Source of the DNA: a virus
Lineage: Duplodnaviria > Caudoviricetes
Strand: one strand, 5' to 3'
IMG/VR virus record: IMGVR_UViG_3300020045_011116
Span: 1-38,558 of that record
Length of the DNA: 38,558 bases
The translations under genes were made by a program, and so were the position numbers. Positions 27,483 through 36,272 of the stretch are shown one piece after another; positions within the stretch are counted from its first letter, which is position 1; every line of letters begins with the position of its first letter. The notes beneath the pieces were generated by a model that saw only the letters and a list, made by a program, of their open reading frames with translations, made no database searches and had not been told where the DNA came from.

Positions 27483-27513
27483 AAAAAAACCCCACCTTTT
27501 ATTGATGGGGTTT
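27483..27513 (-). terminator. Intrinsic terminator after major capsid gene
   Basis: Minus strand AAACCCCATC-AATAAAA-GGTGGGGTTT followed by a T run. Confidence 0.8.
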
Positions 27514-27533
27514 AATTATTTCTTGGTTAATTA

Positions 27534-28601
27534 CTAGCTGTATGAACCAGAACCTGATTGAACATCATTATCTGCGTCAAACTCGTATTTGTAAACACCC
27601 GAATTTGAATCCGAAGTGTAAGCAAATGGAGTAGCGTAGTCAAATGAAATTACAAACGATTCGTCATAATCCGCTTCCATTCCAGCACCTTTTGAAGTGT
27701 TGTCGTTACAACGTTTTTTAACTTTTAGTTCCATTGTGAAACCATAACGAGGGTCTTGGAAGGTTGTCCAAACGTCTGTTCCAATATCCTTACCATCACG
27801 AGCTAATTTGTTCGCCCAAGTAAGTAATGTGAACATTCCTTTTTCAAACATATAACCAGTCGCATAACGGCCAGTATTGTTTTCCAAACGGTTCGTATGA
27901 CTGAAACCAACTCCTTGAAATTGGAATCCTAAGTTGGTAACGTTACCAGCTCCTTGGTTGCCCATTGAGCTAACGATACCAGCCAAAGCAGGGTCACCAA
28001 CAAAATGAAGGTTATCCATGTTGATGTCATTTCTGCGAGCGTCAACTTTAGCACGATTCAACCAAAACGCTGCCGTGTTAGTTGTTAAATCGTATGCGCT
28101 TAATGGAACCTGTGAAGCGTCATTAAACTTTGTAAATTCAGTACCAAGTCCCTCGGTGTAATTTGCTTCTAAAGCATCAACTACAATTGTGTCAAGGCGT
28201 GAATAAATCGAAAGTAAACGTTGACGCAAACGAAGTTCAAACATTTCTTCATACGAATAATCGTTTTGAGCCATATCCAAATATGAAATTTGGAAAGTTT
28301 CAGAAAGTGTTGACCAGCTTAAAGTGGTTGAAGCCGTAGCCCCGTCACCTGAACCTGAACAAGCACGAGCTGTTCCGTTTCCGTTCGCTTCTTTTACGAA
28401 GGTGTAAATTTTCTCTGTTTGAGAACTTGCTTTTTTAAGTTTCTCAATTGTCGAATTTGGTAACAAAAGGTTTTTTTGTGCAAGGGCAGCATCTAGCGCA
28501 CCATACACAGAACCACGTGTTTCAAATTTTTGGAACATATCCGATTGCGATGCTTTATAAATCGCTGCTTGGAGTAATGTTGCCGAATAAGTAGTTGCCA
28601 T
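27534..28601 (-). CDS. Major capsid protein
   Basis: 355 aa, follows scaffold, followed by terminator. Confidence 0.8.
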   Translation of the reverse strand: MATTYSATLLQAAIYKASQSDMFQKFETRGSVYGALDAALAQKNLLLPNSTIEKLKKASSQTEKIYTFVKEANGNGTARACSGSGDGATASTTLSWSTLSETFQISYLDMAQNDYSYEEMFELRLRQRLLSIYSRLDTIVVDALEANYTEGLGTEFTKFNDASQVPLSAYDLTTNTAAFWLNRAKVDARRNDINMDNLHFVGDPALAGIVSSMGNQGAGNVTNLGFQFQGVGFSHTNRLENNTGRYATGYMFEKGMFTLLTWANKLARDGKDIGTDVWTTFQDPRYGFTMELKVKKRCNDNTSKGAGMEADYDESFVISFDYATPFAYTSDSNSGVYKYEFDADNDVQSGSGSYS

Positions 28602-28634
28602 AATTTTAGTAAATTATAATTTAATTTTTCTTTT

Positions 28635-29555
28635 TTAAAGTTTATAGCCTGTTGCTTTAGCCCATTTTCCGAATGCTTCGTTGGCTTCTTGGCTTCCTTT
28701 TGTCAAACGTTTTCCGCTTTCGGTTTGAAGGAATTTATCGAAACCATCAGCACCTTGAAAGGCTGACCAGTCTATTGAATCACTGTTTTGATTTTGGTTG
28801 TTGTTATTATTTCCACCCCGACCACCAGCAGGAACACTTTTCTTTAGAGGGATATTTGCCTCTGCAATATTTGAAATCACTTGCGATACACTTAGTGGTT
28901 GAAATGTAGTTTCATCCACAACAGGTGAACCGTCTTGTTTAAGTACAACGTACTTATTATCTTTTTTACCAATTTTTAATCCTTGTTTATCGAATTGAAA
29001 ACGTACAAAATCCAATTGACCGTCAACTTTTTCTTTGTCAACCTCAACTTTATCTCTTAACATTTCTAATGCGTTACCAATTAAAAGCCCGTTAATCTCT
29101 GAGCTATATGGTTTGATTGCATCTTCTAATTCGGTATCACGTTTTTGCGTTAATTCTAAAATCTTCGCATCACGTTTTTTAATTTCTTCGTTCGTGTCAG
29201 TTCCTGTTGCCTTTGTTTTTTCGGCAATTGCTTTTTCTAAAAGCTCATCAGTTGTCGCATAGTCAGTTCCAAGTTTCCAGTTGTCTAAGCCTAATTTACG
29301 CTTAACTTCCTTTTCAATCTTTTCGTGAATAGCAATTTTTGATTCTTTGTAAGCAGCGTCTTTAATTGGTTGCTCTTTTGCTTTTAAAAAATTATCTAAG
29401 AACTCGATGTGCTTAGCATCTGATTCAAACACTTTTAAGCCTTTCATTTTGGTTGCTACTTCTAAAGCGCCCTCATCTGTTTTGATTTTTTCGGTTAACT
29501 CCGTTTTGTCGATACCACTTAGGGTAGAAACCACTTCAATTAATTGTTCATTCAT
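28635..29555 (-). CDS. Capsid scaffolding protein
   Basis: Charged helical protein with GGRGG-polyN linker near the C-terminus, directly upstream of MCP. Confidence 0.7.
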   Translation of the reverse strand: MNEQLIEVVSTLSGIDKTELTEKIKTDEGALEVATKMKGLKVFESDAKHIEFLDNFLKAKEQPIKDAAYKESKIAIHEKIEKEVKRKLGLDNWKLGTDYATTDELLEKAIAEKTKATGTDTNEEIKKRDAKILELTQKRDTELEDAIKPYSSEINGLLIGNALEMLRDKVEVDKEKVDGQLDFVRFQFDKQGLKIGKKDNKYVVLKQDGSPVVDETTFQPLSVSQVISNIAEANIPLKKSVPAGGRGGNNNNNQNQNSDSIDWSAFQGADGFDKFLQTESGKRLTKGSQEANEAFGKWAKATGYKL

Positions 29556-29568
29556 AATTTTACACTTA

Positions 29569-29892
29569 TTAGATTGGTTTATTACTTAACACTTCGATTC
29601 TTTTTTGTAGTGAATCGGCTACTATTTTTGAGTTGGTTGCTAAATGAATAGCGCCCTTTAATTTATTTATGCTCTCCTGTTTTTCAATCCACTCTAATTG
29701 TTCCTTTGTTGTTTTAGGAAAATCAGTTGAAACTGTGACAGGATTTGCACGACTTACTTTTGGTTTATCGCCATCAACTAATTTCCACTTTGACTTTTTA
29801 AAGTTTATAAGTTTTCTTGCAATTGAGTCTTTATAATAAACAGGCTCACCAATCGGCAATCCTTTGTTATCTAGTTTTTGTAGTCTTGGCAT
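29569..29892 (-). CDS. Hypothetical head-module protein
   Basis: 107 aa between portal and scaffold. Confidence 0.65.
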   Translation of the reverse strand: MPRLQKLDNKGLPIGEPVYYKDSIARKLINFKKSKWKLVDGDKPKVSRANPVTVSTDFPKTTKEQLEWIEKQESINKLKGAIHLATNSKIVADSLQKRIEVLSNKPI

Positions 29893-29897
29893 AATGT

Positions 29898-30197
29898 TTA
29901 TTCGTTATCACCTATTAATAATTCGTTCAGTCTTTTTGTCGCTGTTTCCCTTACTGTTTTGCGAGGGTCTTGGGTAAAGTTTTGGATTTCGTTTTTGTCT
30001 TCACTAACCTTAATTTTTTCAATTAATTGTTGTAGTGGCAACGCTTCTAATCCTTCCTTTGGTCTTTCTTTTTTTGCTCTTTCCAAAATGACATAGTCCT
30101 TTGGAAAACTTTTTTTAATGTTTAACGCACTTTGCATTGAACGGCTAAACGTTCTAATCACTTTTGCTGTTGTTCTATCAACTTGCTGGATTAGCAC
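29898..30197 (-). CDS. Hypothetical head-module protein (likely GTG start near 30197)
   Basis: ORF track 29898-30248 overlaps the portal end; C-terminal DPRKTVRETATKRLNEL. Confidence 0.6.
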   Translation of the reverse strand: MLIQQVDRTTAKVIRTFSRSMQSALNIKKSFPKDYVILERAKKERPKEGLEALPLQQLIEKIKVSEDKNEIQNFTQDPRKTVRETATKRLNELLIGDNE

Positions 30198-31992
30198 CGT
30201 TTGTGATAGGTTCTGGTTTTGGGGGTTTGATTTCTTTTGCATATACACTTATTTGTTTTTGGATTTCACTTATTCTTTTTGAGTATTCTTGGTTTGGTTG
30301 AAACATTGTTATCGGCATCAATTCACGCTCAAATCTTTCAATCAAATCATTAAAATTTACTTTTATTAGTAACGTTTCAGGATTTGTGTAAGGTGCGATT
30401 AATGCTATTTCTTCAATCTTATTTCGGGTTGGTAGTGGCTCAATATCTAATAACATCAACGAGCGTTTTAAAGCCATTGGATTATTTTCAAAGCGCACGT
30501 AATATGTTTCTTCTAAAAGCTCTTTTAAAAATGCATCATTCATTCCACCGTCTTTTGCAAGTTGATATTCTTCAACCACACGTTGCTCAGATTTTAAAAA
30601 GTATTTACGACCGTAATGAATGTAAGAACCTTCATAATTATTTGGGAAATAAACAAAGCCTAAAAAATCTGTAAGCGTTTGGCGTACTTCTTCGGCATTA
30701 GATGAATAAGCGTTTAATGTATCGTGTAGCGGTTGTAAATCTGCTTCAACCTGTGTAGCTGTATTGGTTTTTGACGTTCCTTTATTACCATTAACACGGT
30801 TTAAAACACCCTCAACTCCTAACGCACCTTTTTCAATAAAACGTTCTTGGTCTTCAAGTTCTATTCGTTGCTCACGTATTGATTCATGGTCATTCGTCAC
30901 ATATCCTGCTGGGGCTTGTGCTGCTGGGTAACCATCTTCGTCATATTTTCCTACGGTTGGCAAACTAATACCCTGTAAAATATCCCCTTTTAAATATGAT
31001 ACTTGACCCTCGCCAAAACAACCACCACATTCTCTATCTGAACTCATCCACATTGAAGGGTTTTCAGGGTCAGGAACACGCATTGTTTTTGAGCCGTTAC
31101 AAGTTGGGCAAGTAACTGGGTAGCTATAAAATATTGGGTGTTGATATTTTTTAACGCATACTTGGTGGTCATCGCTAACCGATAAATAAGTGTCTGCGTT
31201 CGGAATTACTTTTGATACTGGGCTGTTTTTTAAAAATCCACTTCTAACATTAGCCCTGTAATTTGATACTTGAACAAATGGGACTTTCTTAAATATATTT
31301 GGGTATGAATCTTCTTTATCAATACCATTAACGTTAATGATATTTACTTTAAATTCTCCAGCCTCTTTGATATAAATAATATCCTTTTCGTCATCAATAA
31401 ATCTAAAAGCCTCAAGGGTTTCATCACCTCTTTTAACTTCAGTGCATAAAACGATGTATTCAATTATTTTCCCATCAATATCAACGTCATAAACTTCGCT
31501 TAATGGATAGAAACAAATCTTTGGTTCAGGAATTAATTTGTCTTTTAGGTTTTCTTCTTTCTCAAGTTCGATACCAAAAAAGCCATTGAACTCCTCAAAC
31601 ATAGCTTTGTTCCAAATCAATTGCATTAGTTCATCCATAGACAAACCATGCGAAACATCTTTTAAAATTTCTTTAAATTTAATTTCGGCTTCCTTAGAAT
31701 TATCTTTGAAATGATATTCAAAAACATCTCCTTTAGCCCTAAATATTTTAGAAAACTGCTTTTGTATTCCCTCAAATATCCTTGGAGTTGTTGGTTTACA
31801 AATGTGTTTTTTCTTTTCGTGTGTTGCTTTTGACTCAAAACCTTGTGCCTCTGAACCTAACCACCAATGATAATAACCTTCGCCAGTAATGTGAAGTTTA
31901 TGGTGTTTTTGAGAGTTAAGAGCGAGGGATTTTTCACCCTCGACTCTCGGCCTCTTTAAAATCTCAATTATTTCTTCGTTGGTATAGCCCAT
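30178..31992 (-). CDS. Portal protein with CxxC..CxxC insertion
   Basis: 604 aa between terminase and scaffold/capsid. Confidence 0.8.
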   Translation of the reverse strand: MGYTNEEIIEILKRPRVEGEKSLALNSQKHHKLHITGEGYYHWWLGSEAQGFESKATHEKKKHICKPTTPRIFEGIQKQFSKIFRAKGDVFEYHFKDNSKEAEIKFKEILKDVSHGLSMDELMQLIWNKAMFEEFNGFFGIELEKEENLKDKLIPEPKICFYPLSEVYDVDIDGKIIEYIVLCTEVKRGDETLEAFRFIDDEKDIIYIKEAGEFKVNIINVNGIDKEDSYPNIFKKVPFVQVSNYRANVRSGFLKNSPVSKVIPNADTYLSVSDDHQVCVKKYQHPIFYSYPVTCPTCNGSKTMRVPDPENPSMWMSSDRECGGCFGEGQVSYLKGDILQGISLPTVGKYDEDGYPAAQAPAGYVTNDHESIREQRIELEDQERFIEKGALGVEGVLNRVNGNKGTSKTNTATQVEADLQPLHDTLNAYSSNAEEVRQTLTDFLGFVYFPNNYEGSYIHYGRKYFLKSEQRVVEEYQLAKDGGMNDAFLKELLEETYYVRFENNPMALKRSLMLLDIEPLPTRNKIEEIALIAPYTNPETLLIKVNFNDLIERFERELMPITMFQPNQEYSKRISEIQKQISVYAKEIKPPKPEPITNGANPAS

Positions 31993-31999
31993 TTGGTTA

Positions 32000-32620
32000 C
32001 TATAAAGTTGAACCAGATTCGTTACTACCTTCGATTGTTTTTAAGAATGCTAATTGTCCGTAAGGAACAGGTTGGCAGTTGTTGTTCCAAGAGAACTCAA
32101 AAGGATTAGAGTTTTTAGTTCCGATTCCCATTTGTTGTAATGTTCCAGTTGTTACCGAAACGCTTGGTACACCCTCACCAGTTGTTGCATTTTGAACGTA
32201 AACGAAATTGTTGTTGTCCAAAAACCAAATACGTACTAAATCCCAACAAGTGATTTGATTCAATTGCGAAAGGGTATCGGCCGAAATGTATTTTATCATT
32301 CCAGTAATTGATTGTGGACGGTCAATGATTTCTTTACCACCGTAAGCAACAGCGTTTCCTTCTTCAACGTTTGGTTCTGCTGAAGGACGTTCTGCTCCAC
32401 CGATGTTAGCGAAAACCACAATGCGGTCATCGTTATCGGCAGCCAAACGGTCTTGCCAGTCAGCTTCAAGGTCAATGTCATTTCCAGACGTGCCATCAAA
32501 ATCAGTACCCGTCATTTTCTGAACGAATATTTTCACGATTTGATTACCAAGCTGGAGGGCTGAACACTTGTCGTTATCAGGACTTTGTAGTGGACTTATA
32601 CAGTCACAAGTTAAGCTCAT
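32000..32620 (-). CDS. Probable major tail (tube) protein (likely start MSLTCDC)
   Basis: About 206 aa, acidic and beta-rich, Cys-rich N-terminus then QIVKIFVQK; no other tube-sized candidate next to the chaperones. Confidence 0.55.
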   Translation of the reverse strand: MSLTCDCISPLQSPDNDKCSALQLGNQIVKIFVQKMTGTDFDGTSGNDIDLEADWQDRLAADNDDRIVVFANIGGAERPSAEPNVEEGNAVAYGGKEIIDRPQSITGMIKYISADTLSQLNQITCWDLVRIWFLDNNNFVYVQNATTGEGVPSVSVTTGTLQQMGIGTKNSNPFEFSWNNNCQPVPYGQLAFLKTIEGSNESGSTL

Positions 32621-32681
32621 AATAATTTGTATTAAATTGTTTTTTTGCGGAAAACGAATTAACACAGTAAAATTAAGGGCT

Positions 32682-32924
32682 TTAACTCTTTTGAAAGTGT
32701 TTGGTTGTGCCTCTTTTAGGCTGTTTTAATGCCAAACTAGATTTACGAAAGTAGAAACCTTTGCGCTCGAAATAGTCGATTGAGTTGAATTGGCGTTGAA
32801 TGGTGCGTATTGAAATAGGGAATTTGTACGCAGTTGGCTCCATTGATTTAAGGGTAATGAAATACCAATCTTCATTTGTTGCTTTGCAGTGAACATGGAA
32901 TATTTTACGGGATTTAGGCATCAA
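32682..32924 (-). CDS. Small basic hypothetical protein
   Basis: 80 aa, ATGA overlap with TerL. Confidence 0.6.
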   Translation of the reverse strand: MMPKSRKIFHVHCKATNEDWYFITLKSMEPTAYKFPISIRTIQRQFNSIDYFERKGFYFRKSSLALKQPKRGTTKHFQKS

Positions 32925-34354
32925 TAAAATTTAAGTCCTTTTTTCATAAAATGTTCTGTACAGGCCATAACTAAGCAGTCAACTTGGTCATCGTGTTTGC
33001 CGTTTGGGAAAACAGCGCACTCATCTAAAAAGCCATCAATCCAACCGCCTTTTACTAAGTAGACACGGCCTGATTCTACACTTGCTAAAATATCATTTAC
33101 ACGAGCCTCTTTGTCTTTTGTTGGGTTCTTTGATTCTCGTATGTTTAAAGCCGTACTTGCCTTCAAAGATTGTACGATACTTTTCCCAGAAGCCTTTGGT
33201 TCACAGCGTATTAGACTCGCATTTGTATATCCTTGGTCAACAACGTGGGTCTTAATAAACGCACATAATTCATTGAACTCTTTACGCACCGCAACACAAC
33301 TGTAAATATACAAATTACTTCCAACATAGGAATATGTAAGTATTGCGCTTGGGTCGTTTTTTTCTTCAGCCGTATAAGCTGGGTCAATCATAAATTGCTT
33401 AGTTGCTTTCGGGGCGTGTTCGGGGTCTATGATTTTGAAATATGCTTTCTTTAGCATTCCCCCATCAACGGGGGCTGGTCTTTGCATGAACTGACCAGCA
33501 TAACCGTAAGAACCCAAAGCAATTTTAAAATCTTCTAATACTTGCCTGTTTAATCGAATTGGGTCTAATAAGCCGTCAATGTATTTTTGTTCTAAAATAG
33601 GCGGGTTAATCGTATTATCAATTTCGGCTGGTAAACAAATATGCCTAACAGCTATGCCGCTTTCAAGCATTTTAGCTGACGGGTCATCTTGGTTAAGCCT
33701 TTGCATGGTTAACAATATCGGTGTCATTTCCTTATCCGTACAACGACTAGGTAATGTTTGCGACATGAAATTATTTGTTGTAAGTAACTCAGCCTTTGAT
33801 GCTGCTCTTTTCGGGTCAACAGGGTCATCCACCCCAATTATATCAAAGTGTTTTGAGGTTATTGTCCCTCCAATAGTGAACGCATAAAACTCACCATTAC
33901 TTGCTGTTTTGAAGTTGTGTAGGTTGTTTCGGTCTTTACGTATCTCAACGTTTGGGAAATACTTTTTATATTTTACACTACGCATTACAACACGAATGTT
34001 ATCCGCTATACTCGTAATAGCTGCATCTGAATAAGAACCAACGGCAACCCTTATGGAAGGTTTACGTGCAAAAGCCCAAGCGTTAGACATGACCGATACA
34101 ATCATGGTCTTACTCATTCCGGGCGGAATGTTGGTTAAAAGGTTGTATTCTTTTTTCTCACGTTTGAAAACACGCTCGTAAACTTCCTGAACTTCATTTG
34201 AAATAACGTCCATGTGAAACGACCAAATTAATTCATTCGGTACAACCTCATCCCAAAACTCTTTAATGAAAAACGATAGCGACCTCTTACAAAGCTCTGC
34301 GTTGATTTGGTCTTTGGTTACTTTTGAAAGTTTCTGTTCAAAGGTTAAGGCCAT
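32921..34354 (-). CDS. terL: Terminase large subunit
   Basis: NIPPGMSKT (Walker A-like), IGVDDP (Walker B), MQRL, GQFMQRP, IDPA, FPNGKHDDQVD nuclease motif. Confidence 0.95.
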   Translation of the reverse strand: MALTFEQKLSKVTKDQINAELCKRSLSFFIKEFWDEVVPNELIWSFHMDVISNEVQEVYERVFKREKKEYNLLTNIPPGMSKTMIVSVMSNAWAFARKPSIRVAVGSYSDAAITSIADNIRVVMRSVKYKKYFPNVEIRKDRNNLHNFKTASNGEFYAFTIGGTITSKHFDIIGVDDPVDPKRAASKAELLTTNNFMSQTLPSRCTDKEMTPILLTMQRLNQDDPSAKMLESGIAVRHICLPAEIDNTINPPILEQKYIDGLLDPIRLNRQVLEDFKIALGSYGYAGQFMQRPAPVDGGMLKKAYFKIIDPEHAPKATKQFMIDPAYTAEEKNDPSAILTYSYVGSNLYIYSCVAVRKEFNELCAFIKTHVVDQGYTNASLIRCEPKASGKSIVQSLKASTALNIRESKNPTKDKEARVNDILASVESGRVYLVKGGWIDGFLDECAVFPNGKHDDQVDCLVMACTEHFMKKGLKFY

Positions 34355-34442
34355 ACGCTACCAACAAGCCATAACGTACAAAATCATACCAAATATAAAT
34401 ACAGGTATCATGAAAAGAAATACAAACATATTTTCGTTTTCA

Positions 34443-34964
34443 TTACTCATCCTTCAAACTGTCTTTAAGCTGAATTAATAAATCGGTCGGGATTTTACCA
34501 AAGTCGATTGTTTGGTGGTTGATTTTTTCGCCTTGGGTGGTAACATCGGTATTTTCTTTGATGCCTTGAATACGAGCAACGAGATTGGAATTGTAAGCAT
34601 TTATTAACGCTCCCTCAATCTGGTTATTATCAATCATTTGCAAAGCTGCATTAGTGACCTCGAAATAATCGATGTAAGGAGGCTTGTTTGAAGCGTAATT
34701 TCTTATAGTATCCTCTGATATACAGGCAAATACAGCTAATCCTTTGCGAGTTAATGGAACTTGAACGGGTATTTTCATAACGGTTCCTGCTGATTCACCG
34801 CTTTTTATGGGCTCTAGAACGTCCCATTTTTGAGTTTTCATGTGCTCAAAATAAGCTACTAAAACCTCACACCATTCTTTTAGCGTATATGTTTTAAACT
34901 TACCATTTCCTTCACGAAAAATCCAAAATTCATTTCCTTTTTCAAACTTTGCCATAACAGCCAC
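34443..34964 (-). CDS. terS: Terminase small subunit (P22 gp3-like)
   Basis: FEKGNEFW N-terminus, PLTRKGLAVF, YNSNLVARIQG, DVTTQGEKI; upstream of TerL. Confidence 0.85.
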   Translation of the reverse strand: MAVMAKFEKGNEFWIFREGNGKFKTYTLKEWCEVLVAYFEHMKTQKWDVLEPIKSGESAGTVMKIPVQVPLTRKGLAVFACISEDTIRNYASNKPPYIDYFEVTNAALQMIDNNQIEGALINAYNSNLVARIQGIKENTDVTTQGEKINHQTIDFGKIPTDLLIQLKDSLKDE

Positions 34965-34990
34965 TTATTGTTTTATTACACTTATTGGTA

Positions 34991-34998
34991 CGAAGATA
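34991..34998 (-). promoter_or_regulatory. Candidate -7 promoter element (TATCTTCG) for the packaging operon
   Basis: One mismatch to TAnnTTTG, about 27 nt upstream of terS. Confidence 0.4.
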
Positions 34999-35011
34999 GT
35001 AAAATTTTGTT

Positions 35012-35230
35012 TTAGTTGGCTGAAAAATCCAGAGCAAAGCTAATTTTTATCTTTTGGTTAATTATTTCCATGCTACCCAATTCAAAACAATGAATCCTAT
35101 TTTTAAGTGTTTCAAGTGGTTGTGTAGTTATAACTTCAATTGGTTCAAACCACTTAAACTCCCTTTTAACCCTCGACCAATCCATCGGAGCCATGGTTAT
35201 TTTTATATTGTTAAGGCTGTGTTGGTTCAT
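35012..35230 (-). CDS. Hypothetical protein
   Basis: 72-aa ORF. Confidence 0.5.
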   Translation of the reverse strand: MNQHSLNNIKITMAPMDWSRVKREFKWFEPIEVITTQPLETLKNRIHCFELGSMEIINQKIKISFALDFSAN

Positions 35231-35249
35231 TTAATAAAGTTAATAATTA

Positions 35250-35282
35250 TTTGATGTGGTGGTTAAAAAAGTTTTATATTTG
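35250..35282 (+). promoter_or_regulatory. Bacteroidota sigma-A promoter for the replication operon
   Basis: TTTG (35250-35253), 21-nt spacer, TATATTTG (35275-35282). Confidence 0.75.
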
Positions 35283-35398
35283 TATTAAATAGTTCCAGAA
35301 AACTACTTGACTTTATTTATTAAAAACATTACCCCTGAGTAATAATGCCCATTCTTTCTGGAACGGCTAATGAAAGGGGGTAATAATATTTTTATATT

Positions 35399-35593
35399 AT
35401 GCTTAAAGAAATTTCTATTTTACCTGACCAAAAAACAATTAGAATAGTTACAACAAGTGACAGTACATCCATTCTTATATTTAAGGACTGGGATAAAACC
35501 CCGATAATTGCTATTAAAATGAGTGAAAGAGATATTGTTGAATTGCTTTATTCATTAGAAGATACACTTTTAACAATTAGAAAAAATGGCTAA
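35399..35593 (+). CDS. Hypothetical protein
   Basis: 64 aa, overlaps next gene. Confidence 0.65.
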   Translation: MLKEISILPDQKTIRIVTTSDSTSILIFKDWDKTPIIAIKMSERDIVELLYSLEDTLLTIRKNG

Positions 35594-36272
35594 GAGATTT
35601 ACAGATTCAGAAAAATGGAAAAAGCCATTCATAAGAAGTATAGAAACTCCTTATAAGTTGTTGTGGTTGTATGTTTTAGATGAATGCGACCACGCTGGAA
35701 TATGGCAAGTTGATATAGAAGTTGCTCAACTTAAAATAGGGGAATCATTTACAATAGAGGACGCTTTAAGAAATTTTAAAGGCAAAATAATATCATTTTC
35801 AAATAACGAAAAATGGTTAATAATAGACTTTATAGATTTTCAATACGGTGTTTTAAATCCAAAAAACAGGGTTCATGAATCAGTTATTACACAGCTTTCG
35901 AAGTATGATTTAATTGACGAGAGCTTGAAAATTAAGCCCCTTACTAGCCCCTTGCAAACAGCTAAGGATAAAGATAAAGATAAGGATAAAGAAGAAGACA
36001 AGGATAAAGCGACTCGTATTTTTAAAAAATTAATTACTGATGAATCGTTTTTAAATAACACGTGTTTAGGATTTCGATTGCCATGGAATAAAGAAACTAA
36101 TCATAACTGGTTGATTGAAAGATTAAAAGACTGGTTACACTTGAAAATTAGTGGGGCTGGTTTTGAAAACAGAACCGATGATGAAATTAAGGAATACTTT
36201 ATAAATCAGACTCGTAAGATAGTTTTAACCGACCCCGAAATAATAAAATTCAAAAACGTAAATTCAAAATAA
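35586..36272 (+). CDS. Phage replication initiator / replisome organiser
   Basis: MAKRFTDSEKW...LYVLDECDHAGIW N-domain, DKDKDK linker, directly upstream of dnaB. Confidence 0.8.
   Translation: MAKRFTDSEKWKKPFIRSIETPYKLLWLYVLDECDHAGIWQVDIEVAQLKIGESFTIEDALRNFKGKIISFSNNEKWLIIDFIDFQYGVLNPKNRVHESVITQLSKYDLIDESLKIKPLTSPLQTAKDKDKDKDKEEDKDKATRIFKKLITDESFLNNTCLGFRLPWNKETNHNWLIERLKDWLHLKISGAGFENRTDDEIKEYFINQTRKIVLTDPEIIKFKNVNSK
35935..36010 (+). repeat. Iteron-like AGCCCCTT x2 (11-bp period) and GATAAA/GATAAG hexamer run
   Basis: 35935-35942 and 35946-35953; hexamers encode DKDKDKDKEEDKDK. Confidence 0.6.

Noticed and set aside
28790-28812. Poly-Asn coding microsatellite in scaffold
   Set aside because: In-frame low-complexity linker; no sign of phase variation
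8060-34478. Many plus-strand ORFs antisense to late genes (e.g. 8977-9282, 26992-27474, 33579-33887)
   Set aside because: Shadow frames of longer, motif-bearing minus-strand genes
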